A stretch of 64,000 bases of DNA. Source: Sporopachydermia quercuum (lineage: Eukaryota). Location of the stretch: positions 1,984,001 to 2,048,000 of the forward strand of contig BCGN01000002.1 of NCBI GenBank assembly GCA_001599295.1. Reading direction: 5' to 3'. Of the stretch, positions 21,961 through 33,299 are shown piece after piece; position 1 is the stretch's first letter, and each line of letters begins with the position of its first letter. The notes under the pieces were generated by a model. That model had not been told where the DNA came from. It saw only the letters and a program-made list of their open reading frames with translations, and searched no databases. A program made the position numbers and the translations under genes.

Positions 21961-24312
21961 ATGTTCAAATCACTATTGAGTATTTTGATATCGGGGTTGA
22001 GTATTCTCCAACTAGTAAGTGGATTCTCACCTGACGCATCTACAAACATGGTCATTTATTGGGGTCAAGCCTCTGCTGGCCATCAAGATCCATTGGCATC
22101 ATACTGCTTGTCTGAANATGTCGATGTAGTCATTCTCTCTTTCATGCATGTCTTCCCCGGCACTAATGGTATTCCTAATCTTAATTTTGCAAATGCTTGT
22201 TGGGAAACTTTTTCTAATGGAATGCTTCATTGCCCTANTATTGGACAAGACATCAAGACATGTCAAAATGCTGGTAAGAAATTATTGTTATCAATGGGAG
22301 GTGCAAGCGGTGCCTACTCTTTTTCTAGTGATACCGAAGCAATTGACTTTGCTGAGACTGTCTGGGATATATTCTTTGAAGGATCTAGTGACACTAGACC
22401 TTTTGATGATGCTATTATTGATGGTATCGATTTAGATATTGAAAACAATAATCAAATTGGATATGTCGCTTTTGTCAATCGATTGCAAGAGCTAATGGCT
22501 GAAAGTACTAGAACGTATTATTTCGCTGCTGCACCTCAATGTGTATATCCTGATGCTAGTTTATCTTCAGTTCTTGACCAATCCGAGCTGGACTTCGTAC
22601 TTGTTCAGTTCTACAACAATCCTTGCTCCTTGAATGGTGCAGAATATAATTGGAATGTCTGGTCTGATTATGCCAAAAATGTTGCTGTTAATAAGAATAC
22701 TAAAATCTATCTTGGTTTACCAGCATCTAAAACTGCTGCAGGCAGCGGTTATGTGGATTCATCTGTTGTTCAGAAGGCGATCTCTGATATCGGTAATGAT
22801 CCATATTTAGGCGGTATCATGTTATGGGATTTCTCTCAAGCTCTTGACAATGTTGATGCCAATGGCGATAATTATGCTAAGCAAATGAAAGATATCCTTC
22901 TTTCCAATGCTGTTAGTGGTGGCCATACAACTCCTGCAACCTCTTCTATTTCATCTGCCACCACTACACCTGTGACTACTTCTATTTCACCGGCTACTAC
23001 TGTCTCTACCTCGACTGCTGTAATTTCTGCAACATATTCTGTTTCCTCAAGTAGCACCTCCTCTTTTGTATGGTGGACACCCGATACCCCTGTTAGTTCT
23101 ACTACTACAAAATCTTCTTCTTCATCGTCGTCCAGGAGTTCTTATTCTGAGGTTACTAGTTCCTCCAAACTCTCTTCTTCGAGCGAAACTGTTCCAACTG
23201 GTATGGCTTCCACTACTAAAAGCTCAAGTAGCTCTGTTGCACTATCTACATCTGAGTCACTGATACCACAATCCAGTAGTTATATTTATACTTTCGAGCC
23301 TTCAACAGCTGGTGAAAGCTCAACAACCAAGATTTCTTCTTCAGAAGTCTCCTCTACATCAAGTTCTTCAGTTGCTGAGACCTCTGAAACAAGCTCAGTG
23401 GTTAGATCTATCAAATCATCGTCATCCATTAGTTCAACCATTAGCTCAACAAGAACTACAATTGAAAACACAGAATCTAGCAATGAGGTCGTTGCACCCA
23501 CTGACACTTTATACCCCGGTACTTCAAGCGTTGTCTCTTCGAGTATTGTTACTGCAACTACAGATTCTACTATAGTGACTGGTGTATTGACAAAAACTTC
23601 AACGAATGTCGTTACTGCTACTACTGAAGCCGATATTCCAGTATTCACTAATCCTGCATCAAGTTTTGTTCAAACTGCTACTTTAACGGTTACAGAATCA
23701 TCTCAACTCTACACGTCAACTGTTGTAGTCACTATTGGCGTCAACACTGACGCTCCCTCCACTAGTAGTTTAGTAGCTACGACCGTTCAAACAGAGATTT
23801 CTAAAGAAACTTCTTTCTCAGATCTTGAAACTACTTTAATTACATCTAGAGTCATCAAGGATGGCCAGGCTACGTCCTCTAACACTGATGGAGTCGACAT
23901 TACTTCTGCTCCTGACGTGCCAGCCACAACTGGATCCGTCATTACTTCTGCTCCTGAACTGCTAGCTACAACTGGATCTAATAGTGGACCTATAGTACCA
24001 AAGATCAGCACGGACTCACATTCTGGTTCTGGTTCTGGAGTACCAAAAGAAACAGGGAATGCTTTAGATTGCTCGTCAGTAGTTGGACCTTCAAAGGCTT
24101 CATGTTTAAATACCAACTTTGAAAGAGGTCATTTCCTCGGTGAAGGTGAAGAATGTACTACTGGTGAAATCGCTTGTAATGGTGATGGAAACTTTGCCAT
24201 GTGTAACTTCGGTTCATGGGTGATTTTCCAATGTCCTGCAGGTACTGAATGTTATGCATATCTAGATGCCACTGAAAATGTTTTCATCGGTTGCAACTTC
24301 ATCCGGTCTTAA
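21961..24312 (+). CDS. CTS1: Secreted GH18 endochitinase with Ser/Thr-rich stalk and C-terminal CBM19 chitin-binding module
   Basis: Signal peptide, YWGQ, SMGGA, catalytic [26 protein letters not shown]; Cys-rich C-terminus (C..GEIAC...G.FAMC.FG.W...CPAGT.C). Confidence 0.95.
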   Translation: MFKSLLSILISGLSILQLVSGFSPDASTNMVIYWGQASAGHQDPLASYCLSEXVDVVILSFMHVFPGTNGIPNLNFANACWETFSNGMLHCPXIGQDIKTCQNAGKKLLLSMGGASGAYSFSSDTEAIDFAETVWDIFFEGSSDTRPFDDAIIDGIDLDIENNNQIGYVAFVNRLQELMAESTRTYYFAAAPQCVYPDASLSSVLDQSELDFVLVQFYNNPCSLNGAEYNWNVWSDYAKNVAVNKNTKIYLGLPASKTAAGSGYVDSSVVQKAISDIGNDPYLGGIMLWDFSQALDNVDANGDNYAKQMKDILLSNAVSGGHTTPATSSISSATTTPVTTSISPATTVSTSTAVISATYSVSSSSTSSFVWWTPDTPVSSTTTKSSSSSSSRSSYSEVTSSSKLSSSSETVPTGMASTTKSSSSSVALSTSESLIPQSSSYIYTFEPSTAGESSTTKISSSEVSSTSSSSVAETSETSSVVRSIKSSSSISSTISSTRTTIENTESSNEVVAPTDTLYPGTSSVVSSSIVTATTDSTIVTGVLTKTSTNVVTATTEADIPVFTNPASSFVQTATLTVTESSQLYTSTVVVTIGVNTDAPSTSSLVATTVQTEISKETSFSDLETTLITSRVIKDGQATSSNTDGVDITSAPDVPATTGSVITSAPELLATTGSNSGPIVPKISTDSHSGSGSGVPKETGNALDCSSVVGPSKASCLNTNFERGHFLGEGEECTTGEIACNGDGNFAMCNFGSWVIFQCPAGTECYAYLDATENVFIGCNFIRS
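23899..23982 (+). repeat. Two-copy 42-nt in-frame tandem repeat in the chitinase stalk
   Basis: [14 protein letters not shown] / [14 protein letters not shown], both starting attacttctgctcctga. Confidence 0.85.
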
Positions 24313-24941
24313 AGGAAACGCAATAGTTTTCTTATCTGAAAAAAAAAAATACTAAATGTACTATAGTTAAAGTAAAAGAAGATTGGGCTCAGAAATTTTA
24401 TCGCATGATGAAAGATACTAAAAGTGGATAGGAGGTTTTTTTGTTTACTCGATTCACTGCTTTATATGCAAAATCAGCAAATCAAGAATGTATAATTGTT
24501 CATAGCTTAACAGATATAGAACATCAATTTCGAACCGTAATGTTAAAGGTGCAGAAGTCGAAATTAATTGTTCTTTGACCTGCATGCGTTGAAATACCTA
24601 GTTATGTATTGACTTTTATAATCGTTCGATACGAAGGTTCTCTTATCTTAACAAAGGCCTTGAATGTTTTTTGATTGTAGTATAATCTCTAAAATTTGGG
24701 GTACAACTATGCATACTTAGGGTTTTCATTACTCTCGCTTTCTTGTAAAAGCACATTTTCAAAAAGTGCAAATAAATAGATCCGCCAGCTAGACTTTGCT
24801 GTGCTCATCACGTCTTTTCTCTTATGAACTAGACTTACTGCAGAAGTGCAGGAATGTAGTCTAATTACTTATGTCGCGGAATATGATCATGAATATCTGA
24901 CCATTGCAATTGACTTTATCAGTAGGACGAGCATCAATAAA

Positions 24942-25715
24942 TCAACTTATTTTAATGTTATCTCTGACCGAAGGTAAGAAGGTAAGAATATAACCATAGA
25001 CGCTGCTTCTAACTGCAGCAGTTTCTTCCTCCTCTTCAAACATCGGAGCCCAAGTTTCTCTCAATATTTCTTCGACATTGAAGCCAAATTCTTTAGCGGT
25101 TTCAAAAAATTGTAAATCATCATTCAAAAGATGCGCTCTATGAGGTGTAAACACTACAAGAATATTTCCATCTTCTGCTAAAGCTTCTGTGCATGTTTTC
25201 AGTAATGACTTATGTTCGCTATGATTGAATACCAAATCTGACAAGATAAGAGTATCAAACTTTTTCCCATTATTAGCTTCGACTAACTCATGGACTGATT
25301 GACCCCAAATATATCCCCTAACTTTTGTTCTTCCGACAATTTCTGGTATCAGATTGACGTTATATTCAAGATTCTTAATTAGTTCCAGATCAGGATAATC
25401 AGTGATCACAACGTTACTGGCATCGTTAAGTGCTGCAACAAGACTTGGTAATCCAGCACCAGCACCTAGCTCTAAAACTGATTTTCCTCTGCATAATAAC
25501 TCTGGATTAGTGTCTAAGTAATTCGTCGTCACTTTTCCAGCATTCCATAATAAATGACCCCACAAAGGTGACTTTCCTACCATTTTCACTTTAATCTTTC
25601 TAGGTTCTTTACCTTNAAGTCGTTCAAAAGTAGCAAAATGATCTTCCAATGGTTTAGGTAAGAAATCTTCGGGTTCTTCAAAGAGCCCACCGAATGATTC
25701 TTCACCATCAGCCAT
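24942..25715 (-). CDS. NNT1: eEF1A N-terminal/lysine methyltransferase (Efm7/Nnt1)
   Basis: GLFEEPEDF, VGKSPLWGHLLWNAG, VLELGAGAGLPS, TDYPD, LSDLVFNH, FTPHR, PMFEE motifs. Confidence 0.95.
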   Translation of the reverse strand: MADGEESFGGLFEEPEDFLPKPLEDHFATFERLXGKEPRKIKVKMVGKSPLWGHLLWNAGKVTTNYLDTNPELLCRGKSVLELGAGAGLPSLVAALNDASNVVITDYPDLELIKNLEYNVNLIPEIVGRTKVRGYIWGQSVHELVEANNGKKFDTLILSDLVFNHSEHKSLLKTCTEALAEDGNILVVFTPHRAHLLNDDLQFFETAKEFGFNVEEILRETWAPMFEEEEETAAVRSSVYGYILTFLPSVRDNIKIS

Positions 25716-25920
25716 TTCCTAGGGTTCAAAAAGCTGCTCAAGAGAGTGAATAAATTCTAGTGTAGCGCTCACTTTGGAAAATACTACCGCTTCATTCAAT
25801 CTAATATTATCCATGTTTTCCATTAATTCAGTTCTTATCACAGGTTAAAGCAAGATAATTACAGGAAGAGAATCTCCAATGAGTTAGAACACATAGTGTC
25901 TCCTCTTGTGTTCTTAACTT

Positions 25921-25929
25921 TCACGTGAC
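25921..25929. promoter_or_regulatory. Cbf1/CDEI-type E-box TCACGTGAC in the divergent NNT1/DUF202 promoter
   Basis: Full GTCACGTGA consensus on the minus strand. Confidence 0.5.
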
Positions 25930-26168
25930 TAACATTTCAGAGCTTAAATTCTTTTCCTTGATCTTTGTCTGGGTATGCAGTATATTGCATCATTGCAGGA
26001 CCGAACTAAAACAGATATATCTGAACAGGTATAAAGAAGCTTTGTCTTCACAGAATCAAAAGTATGAGAAGGGTTAAGAGTTAAGAAGGGAAAGAGCGAG
26101 TATGTTCGAATTGTGAAGTAGTGGTAGCATCCAACTCGTGATAACAATAACTATACAGGAAGACAAAG

Positions 26169-26841
26169 ATGTCGCTGCGAGAGATATTCAGTAAAGATAA
26201 CTTGGGGTCAGTAGTATTGGAGAATAAAGGGTCAGTAGCTCGTGATCATGTAAGTAAAAGAGATAGGCAGAGTAGTATATCATTTGATGTTGACATGGTG
26301 GTAGGTTAGTTGAATTGTAGATTTTCTAACGTTCATTTTTAGTTGGCAAATGAGAGAACGTTCTTGAGTTGGTCTAGAACAAGCTTGGCCTTTGCATCAA
26401 TTGGGGTTGCAGTGACACAGTTGTTTCGACTTATGTCAAGTATAGAGAAACCAGAAGAGGGACATGAATCGTTGAAGATGATTGGTAGACCCATTGGTGG
26501 TACGTATATGATATGAAATAATAGATCAGCTTTGAAAGAAGGTTTTACTAATAGACACAAATATTAGCTGCATTCATCATAACCGGTATACTAATGTTGG
26601 TTATGGGAGCTTATCGATTTTTCAGAACTCAGTATCTGTTACAAGATGGCAAATTCCCAGCAGCAAGATCTTCAATTCTTATTTTACTTTTATTAGCATT
26701 AACTGTAAGTATTGAGCTTTCAAATGCTCTTTTCGTGGTTTCCTACGATGTAGTGTTTCATGGTATATATTTATCTACTAATAATTACTATTTTAGCTGG
26801 TAGTCTCAACATTTGGTGTCATTCTAGGGTTTTCAAAATAG
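26169..26841 (+). CDS. DUF202 (YidH-like) small three-TM membrane protein, 139 aa; exons 26169-26249, 26343-26499, 26568-26704, 26797-26841
   Basis: Spliced frame LENKGSVARDH|LANERTFLSWSRTSLAFASIGVAVTQLFRL...GAYRFF..Q..L..GKFP; donors GTAAGT, GTACGT, GTAAGT; total length 420 nt. Confidence 0.9.
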
Positions 26842-27083
26842 GTACACGAATAAATAAAATCGCATTCTAAATAATTTCATCTATAAAACTACTTTCCTGT
26901 ATCTTTATATTTATTTCAAATTTGCAATAGACAATAAAGAAACGATAAAGATATTGCCTTATCTATTCTATCTAACCGTTGTTCCTTATGATTGTGTGAA
27001 AACTCTATTAATGCATTAGTTGCATGAAGCCGCATGAATCTATCAACCTATACTAGTTACTTCTGCATAAAGCCCTGTTATAG

Positions 27084-27150
27084 CACGTGATAGTCATGTG
27101 CTTTATTGCCAATCAACGTCACAGTTTTCTTTAATACTCTCTTAGGGGAA
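27084..27150 (+). promoter_or_regulatory. RPS30 promoter with a Cbf1 site (CACGTGA 27084-27090) and a TTAGGG Tbf1-like site near 27142
   Basis: Motif matches; the Cbf1/Tbf1 pairing is known for ribosomal protein promoters in yeasts that do not use Rap1 there. Confidence 0.35.
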
Positions 27151-27385
27151 CATCTAAATAAGACCAAAGCAATTTAGGAACCTCAGCTTGGCTTGTAGAC
27201 AGACATGCCTATCCCTCCCACACAATCCTTTCTCTTTCTTGCCATAGAGCGCTCGATACAGTAGACAAATGTTGACTTGTAAATTGACTTTATCCACTGT
27301 TATGATACTTGAAAAATAGAATATATATATAAATATATAGCTTCTATTAATCAACAAAGATATATATTAATTTTAGTTATTCAAA

Positions 27386-28007
27386 ATGGTACGTTACAAC
27401 AAGCGAGATTAATCATGAACGGTAGCAGCAGTATGGCTAAACGAAAATTGATATGAAAGTGGTGGCGCATCAATACAAAAGTATTACAGTAAGAGCTTCA
27501 ACGGTATGGATATCGCTATGAGATGAGTGGGGTATAATTGCAAATCGGTTTCTAAGAGTTCGATGTCACTAATAGGTGTAATGCCTTTCAGTGGCTCTCG
27601 AATTATACAGTGTCATTATGCGGCACAGTAATGATCAAGAGGTATAATGGAAAGTCAACTGGAGCAATTTCGACTAGTCGCACGCTAAATCGAAGATATT
27701 TTAATTTATATTTGGTCAAGCAAATCAATTTTCGTTTATGCATCATATTTGTATCATGTCAAACAATCTCGGTTTTGAACTGTGATCATGGCAAGTACAA
27801 TTATTAACAAACTTCTAGGGAAAAGTTCACGGATCCTTAGCTCGTGCCGGTAAGGTCAAGTCTCAAACTCCTAAGGTTGAGAAGGAAGAAAAGCCTAAGA
27901 GACCTAAGGGAAGAGCTTACATGAGATTAAAGTACACTCGTCGTTTTGTCAACGTTACCTTAACCAACGGTAAGAGAAAGATGAACCCAAGTCCTGCCAA
28001 CAAATAA
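27386..28007 (+). CDS. RPS30: 40S ribosomal protein S30 (eS30), 63 aa; ATG exon 27386-27388, intron 27389-27818
   Basis: [23 protein letters not shown]...[25 protein letters not shown] donor, TATTAAC branch, TAG acceptor. Missed by the ORF track. Confidence 0.97.
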
Positions 28008-28335
28008 GAGTGTTGAAAGAAACAACAAGATCAAAGACGGAATAAGCTGATATTCGTTGATATATATGTATGATCATCANGTGTATCGAAATGAGTTAAT
28101 TTCTTTGGTTGCGTATACATCCTTCAACGGGATATTGGTGGTCAGGTTTCATGGTCTCTTTAATACTTGTATTTCATAGGAGAAAGAATCTTAAAAACAA
28201 TATTTAATGGATCGATTGAATGTAAGTTGTAAGCTATTTTGGCTCCTGTAGAGTTTATGTATATATTTTAATATTTGGCGGCATGATNATACTTTATTTG
28301 TATAGTATTGAATGTGTATTAAGTGATTAAATGTA

Positions 28336-28914
28336 CTATACAATCAAGAATGCTGAAAGACCGAGCAACAACCGAAGCTTGACGTTGTCTAAATGTACTT
28401 GTGCTGAATCAGCAGCATTTGTCTTGGTAGCGTACGTTCTTACAGTCCCCACAGAACCTGATATACTGCCTAATCCAATTGATCCGACCGATGGTGATGC
28501 TACTGTGGAATAAAATGATGAAAATGTCTGATAATAAGTTGACTCAGTTGTCGCCAGAACACCTGCTGCATTGGTACCAGTGACCCATACCATAGTGGGG
28601 GATTGGGTAGAAGAAGTTGTGTCTGTATCAGTGTCTGTTGCTATATCTGTTCCAGTTGTTATTTCTTCTTCTGTAGCTGCTGTTGTTGAGAGTGTTGTAA
28701 TGGGAGTTAATGCCGTCGTAGTAGGTGTTGATACTGTCGAAGATGATGTTGAAGTTAGCGAATGTAGATCGAGAGAGGGTACTCCAGTCGTGGTTTCTGA
28801 CGTTGTCCCTACATTTGCTCCTCCTGGTGGTACTCCACCTGGTGCCTGAGCTGATACTAAGAACAGCAAATAGGAGCACACTATTNCTATGACATTTGTG
28901 AATGCTCTTCTCAT
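28336..28914 (-). CDS. KRE1: Kre1-like GPI-anchored cell-wall protein (beta-1,6-glucan assembly)
   Basis: Signal peptide, Thr-rich region, WVTGT...YYQTF...P..GSIGLG.I.G.VG.V motif, hydrophobic C-terminus. Confidence 0.8.
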   Translation of the reverse strand: MRRAFTNVIXIVCSYLLFLVSAQAPGGVPPGGANVGTTSETTTGVPSLDLHSLTSTSSSTVSTPTTTALTPITTLSTTAATEEEITTGTDIATDTDTDTTSSTQSPTMVWVTGTNAAGVLATTESTYYQTFSSFYSTVASPSVGSIGLGSISGSVGTVRTYATKTNAADSAQVHLDNVKLRLLLGLSAFLIV

Positions 28915-31900
28915 TGTTCAATTTGTATGTGAGTTGTATAAGGTTGTTGGAATTACAACCGGTTTTGCAAGTACAGCTTTACGGCCTTTAGAAGATGAAT
29001 GACTAGAATAAGAATCGGAAATCTATTGTAATTTAAGCAAACCAGATTCAATGACTCAAAAACCCAGGTTTTGCAATGCAACTNAAGTAAATTATGTAGA
29101 TGATATCTTGCCGATACGACGAATTATCATTCTATCATATTAATCTGGATAGAACCACCAGCAGGATTTAGAATGGTTGCGATTTCCTTCTCTATGTACT
29201 TTCTGTAATGTTATATAGCCTCTACTATAATTAGTACTAATCATCGTTGTGCTCTTAGGCATGCATGGCATTCCTCATAATACATAGAGATAAAAGTTTA
29301 AACTCTACCAGCAGTAAAACGTAACTTTCTTTATGAATCAGGAAATAGTTTCTTTCTTTCTGCTAGATAAAACTAATTTACATGCGAACATAGGCAGTAN
29401 CGCTTTCATGGAGACATATTGTTCAATGTTCATTTTATGTATTTCATAAAGATTTGATACTTGATGTTTAACCTTACATAATTAAAGTTTCGCGTATTTC
29501 TTCTGTCTTCCATCATTAAGATCTCTGAATGACAAGAATTTTATCGAAGACGTCTATTTCATAATTTAATATCGATTTAGGAAATTGCGATACTTCAAAA
29601 CTACCAGTTTCAATAATAATAAAATAAAATAAAAATAAAAATTAGAAAAAGAGCATTTTCTATGAACAGTTCATTAATCAATAAATCATCAATCAATTGA
29701 CAGCTTTTACTGTAGCTTAAAGGTTTCAGCTAAGTCTCAAGCTAAGGTTCCTCATATGCACAAAGCTTTGCTAAAAGTTAAGGTTTATTAACAGCCTTTG
29801 AAACCGTTAAAAAGTTGTGGTGCGCCATACCAAAGTATAATTGAGTTAAATATAAATATAGAAAAAGCTCAGTGTATTAATTCCAGTTGNTATTCAACTC
29901 CTAGGCAATTTCTGTAACCTAAATTTTCTTCTTTTTTTGTGAACAAATTTGATTATGAGTTACTACTAACACAATTCTGATTGCTTCATTAAAGAAATAA
30001 GTTTGGTATACATGAAACAGAGATTCGTAGGTAATTGAATGTTGGTGAGTATTGAAGCAGACTTACATAGTTTCCAATGTTTATTATATATGCCGGAATC
30101 CACTAGTTATAGAAGGAAGTCAGTGATGAGATCTATTTTGTTAAGATACCTATTCGATATCGATTGTTTTGAATAATCGTTTTGGTAGTCAGTTCAGTGT
30201 CATATGATTCGGTAATATATTCTATGACACCGAATCAATCATATTTGACCCGCGTGCTTTGCTCTTTTGAAGTTCACTACTGGCAACCTAGTTTCTCTCT
30301 GGGTATATAAANTAAAATTTCATTATTGAATTTGTTCATTAGATCTCTTGTTCTCACCATAACGGGATCGTCGACAGGAATCGACGACATCAATAATAGG
30401 AAAGAATGATATTACGCTGCGAAGGTACAATCTTCTTCAATATCCCTTACTTTCACAAGTAACTTGCTATGCTTCTAAATCTTCTAATAAGTGTTGTCGA
30501 ATTAGATATTGTGAAGATGCTCTTGGCACCGATGCATATTTCTCGTTCTCTTTGTTGTGCACAATTAAATCCATGCTAACAGAATTTTCCATCTCCTTCT
30601 CTGAATGTTCTGATAAACTAACCTAAAAGAACCAAATCCAAAAAAACCTTCGAGGAAGCTTAATCTTTTACGAGGTCTGTAAACCTAAATTAAGACTCTA
30701 ATACGTTTGCAACTATGAGCTGTCAGAAGTTGTCTTGAAATAATATAAAAATAACAGAACAATAGACGGAAAGTACAATGAGATCAGAAAAGCAATTATT
30801 AGATAAATAGAATTTATAATGTTTAAAATTTAATCTTAAATGGAGCATTCTCTCTTGCTTTACTGTTCGCCTGTTTTCCTTCTCCTTGGGCACCAAATCA
30901 CCTTCAAATTGACTTAAATTTATGTTTATACTATGATGTCATACCTCAAACCTTTCGGAATGAGTCTTTTTCGTTTGGTATGATGATTTCTTTTTTAGAT
31001 TAGTTGCAAGATCAACAGATGAATTACTCTATGAAATAGGTATGCTTGCTTCTTATGGATTTTTGCATAGCTAAAGTAATCAGAGGGTATTTCCTTTGAA
31101 AGGTTGTTCACCTATTGGTTTTGGTGTTGGGAATACTGCACATGTGACAAGAAGTTGAGAGAATACCGTAGAAACTTCAACTAGAAGCCTACATACTTTT
31201 ATACTCTTTGAGGAAAAAATACCAATGAGAAAGTATGTCGATGATTACTGTTAGTTCGAAATTTCAAGAGACGCTGAATAGATAATAGATAATACATGAT
31301 GCGAACATTGTACATTACATTATGCATACCTACCATGTAGACAAAGGAATCACTTAAATGAAATAGCAATATGAATTTCAACAACAAAGTACATAAATTA
31401 ATTAATTAATAAATTTCTATTTTTACTACTTTTTTACTACGAATGAATTACTTCGAATGAAAAGCCTCCTATATAAAAATTACTAATTTCCAGAATACGT
31501 TACTACTTCAATTAATTAAAAACATCTGACAAGTAGCTCAAAAATTAGCAGGTCTCAAGAAGTTATAATGCTTGTGTTCTTAATGAAAGGAGGGTGCTAA
31601 ACTTGTTGGTGGCACTTGTCTCATTGATTGATAACATGACTCTGTTTTGAACAAGGATGGCTTAAAGAAACAATAAACAATAAACTACAAAACCCTCCGG
31701 CAGAGAATGGAAGAATTAATCAACATGGGATATCCTCCTATCTAACGATTACCCATACGGTCTCTGCTCAGAGCAAATCACCACTAATCAGCACTGAATA
31801 TTTATCCTCATTTATCCTCATTTGTTCACATCTTTTTTCCTTTTTTCCCCTCTTTACAACTAGCACGTTGTTTGATTCTCAATACAGAACGTCGAAAACG

Positions 31901-33299
31901 TCCCGTTATTAACCAATATTTTCTATCTAATTCTCTAATCTTCATCGCATTTCTTGAAACCGCTTCTATCATATGAAGGAATTACAATAATAGCCGTTGA
32001 ATTACTCAAATCGACGCCAGAAGCTCTTTTCGGTCTTCTATCAACAAGCATACCATAATCTTCCTTGCATGACCTCACATTAGGGAATTCACATGTCCAT
32101 AATATTTTTTCGCTTCCCAACATCAGTTGTTTATATCTTAAGTGACCTGCACAGATTATAAGGGTTTTGGGGGAAATGGGATATGAAAGAACTAACGATT
32201 AGCATACAACATAATGAAGCAACAAGTCCACTGGGTTATAATAATTGCTACAGTTTCTTTGTTTTAATTTACTACCGTTGTATCAAGAAGAATAGTTTGA
32301 TTCGTTTGGGTACGTGCATATGGTACCAAGAAAGACAAAGAAAGTAAGCATATCGTAAATCCTTTTCGATCATCATCTTCTTCTTCTTCATTTCTAGAGC
32401 TTTTGCTGTTGAAGTGAATGGTTTAGGGAGGGGTTTCAGTGTAGCCACTGCACAGTAGAAAAACTCACCTGTTCGTTTATTCTTGAAATTGACCTTTTAT
32501 ATTTATGTCCTTGCATTGATATCCTTTCTCTTTAATGGCCTACCATCATCCCTGCCATGATCCCATAATATCGGACTGCTCTTCCCATTAGTCCAATACC
32601 TTCATATTTCAGTATTGGTATCCGCTTTCCCTGTCCGATGATATGATGGCATCCTATTTCATTCTGCTCAAAATGAACCAATATTTGGAATTGTTCCGTC
32701 AAAGTTCAAACTCTATACAAGGTATATTATTTAATGGGCCGTTTGTTTNTCTTTTTTGGCTTGTTTTTCTCTTTTATCCGAATTTAAAGAATTATAGCGA
32801 TATTTTTCTTGAGTTGCTTAGAAAATTGAAAGATAACAAAAACGATAATAAAATGATTAGTAACTGGACGAGATTATTTTGAGATAGTGATAAATGTATA
32901 AAGACAGTTTGATTAATTAATCAATCAATAAAACGAAGGACATTTTGTACAGTTTATGCAGGAATAAGTGAATAGGTGACAGGCCAGGAAGAGACAAGTT
33001 AGTTGCTCAGACAAAGCAGCTCGCTAACATAAACACAATTCTCGACTTTTGTGACAGGAAACAATAAAAAAATATACTAGGAAACATTCAAGGTATCCAA
33101 GGTACTAGANCAAGGGAATGTGAATTGAAGAATAGATTTTCATCACTTCTATTGAAACTGATTTGACTAATTATAGATATTAGAACTTGAATTGGTGAAC
33201 GGTTTTCAATTGACCCATTCTACTGGGAGCGAAGAGTTTGATCTAACACAAGATAATCAGAGTCCNCAATTGATAATAACAACAGATATAAAAAACAAT

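Noticed and set aside
22148..24116. Several overlapping and antisense ORFs within CTS1 (likewise within SER2, AVT3, KRE1, SWA2, PTP3 and the LCCL gene)
   Set aside because: Expected shadows of biased or low-complexity coding sequence; no independent features.
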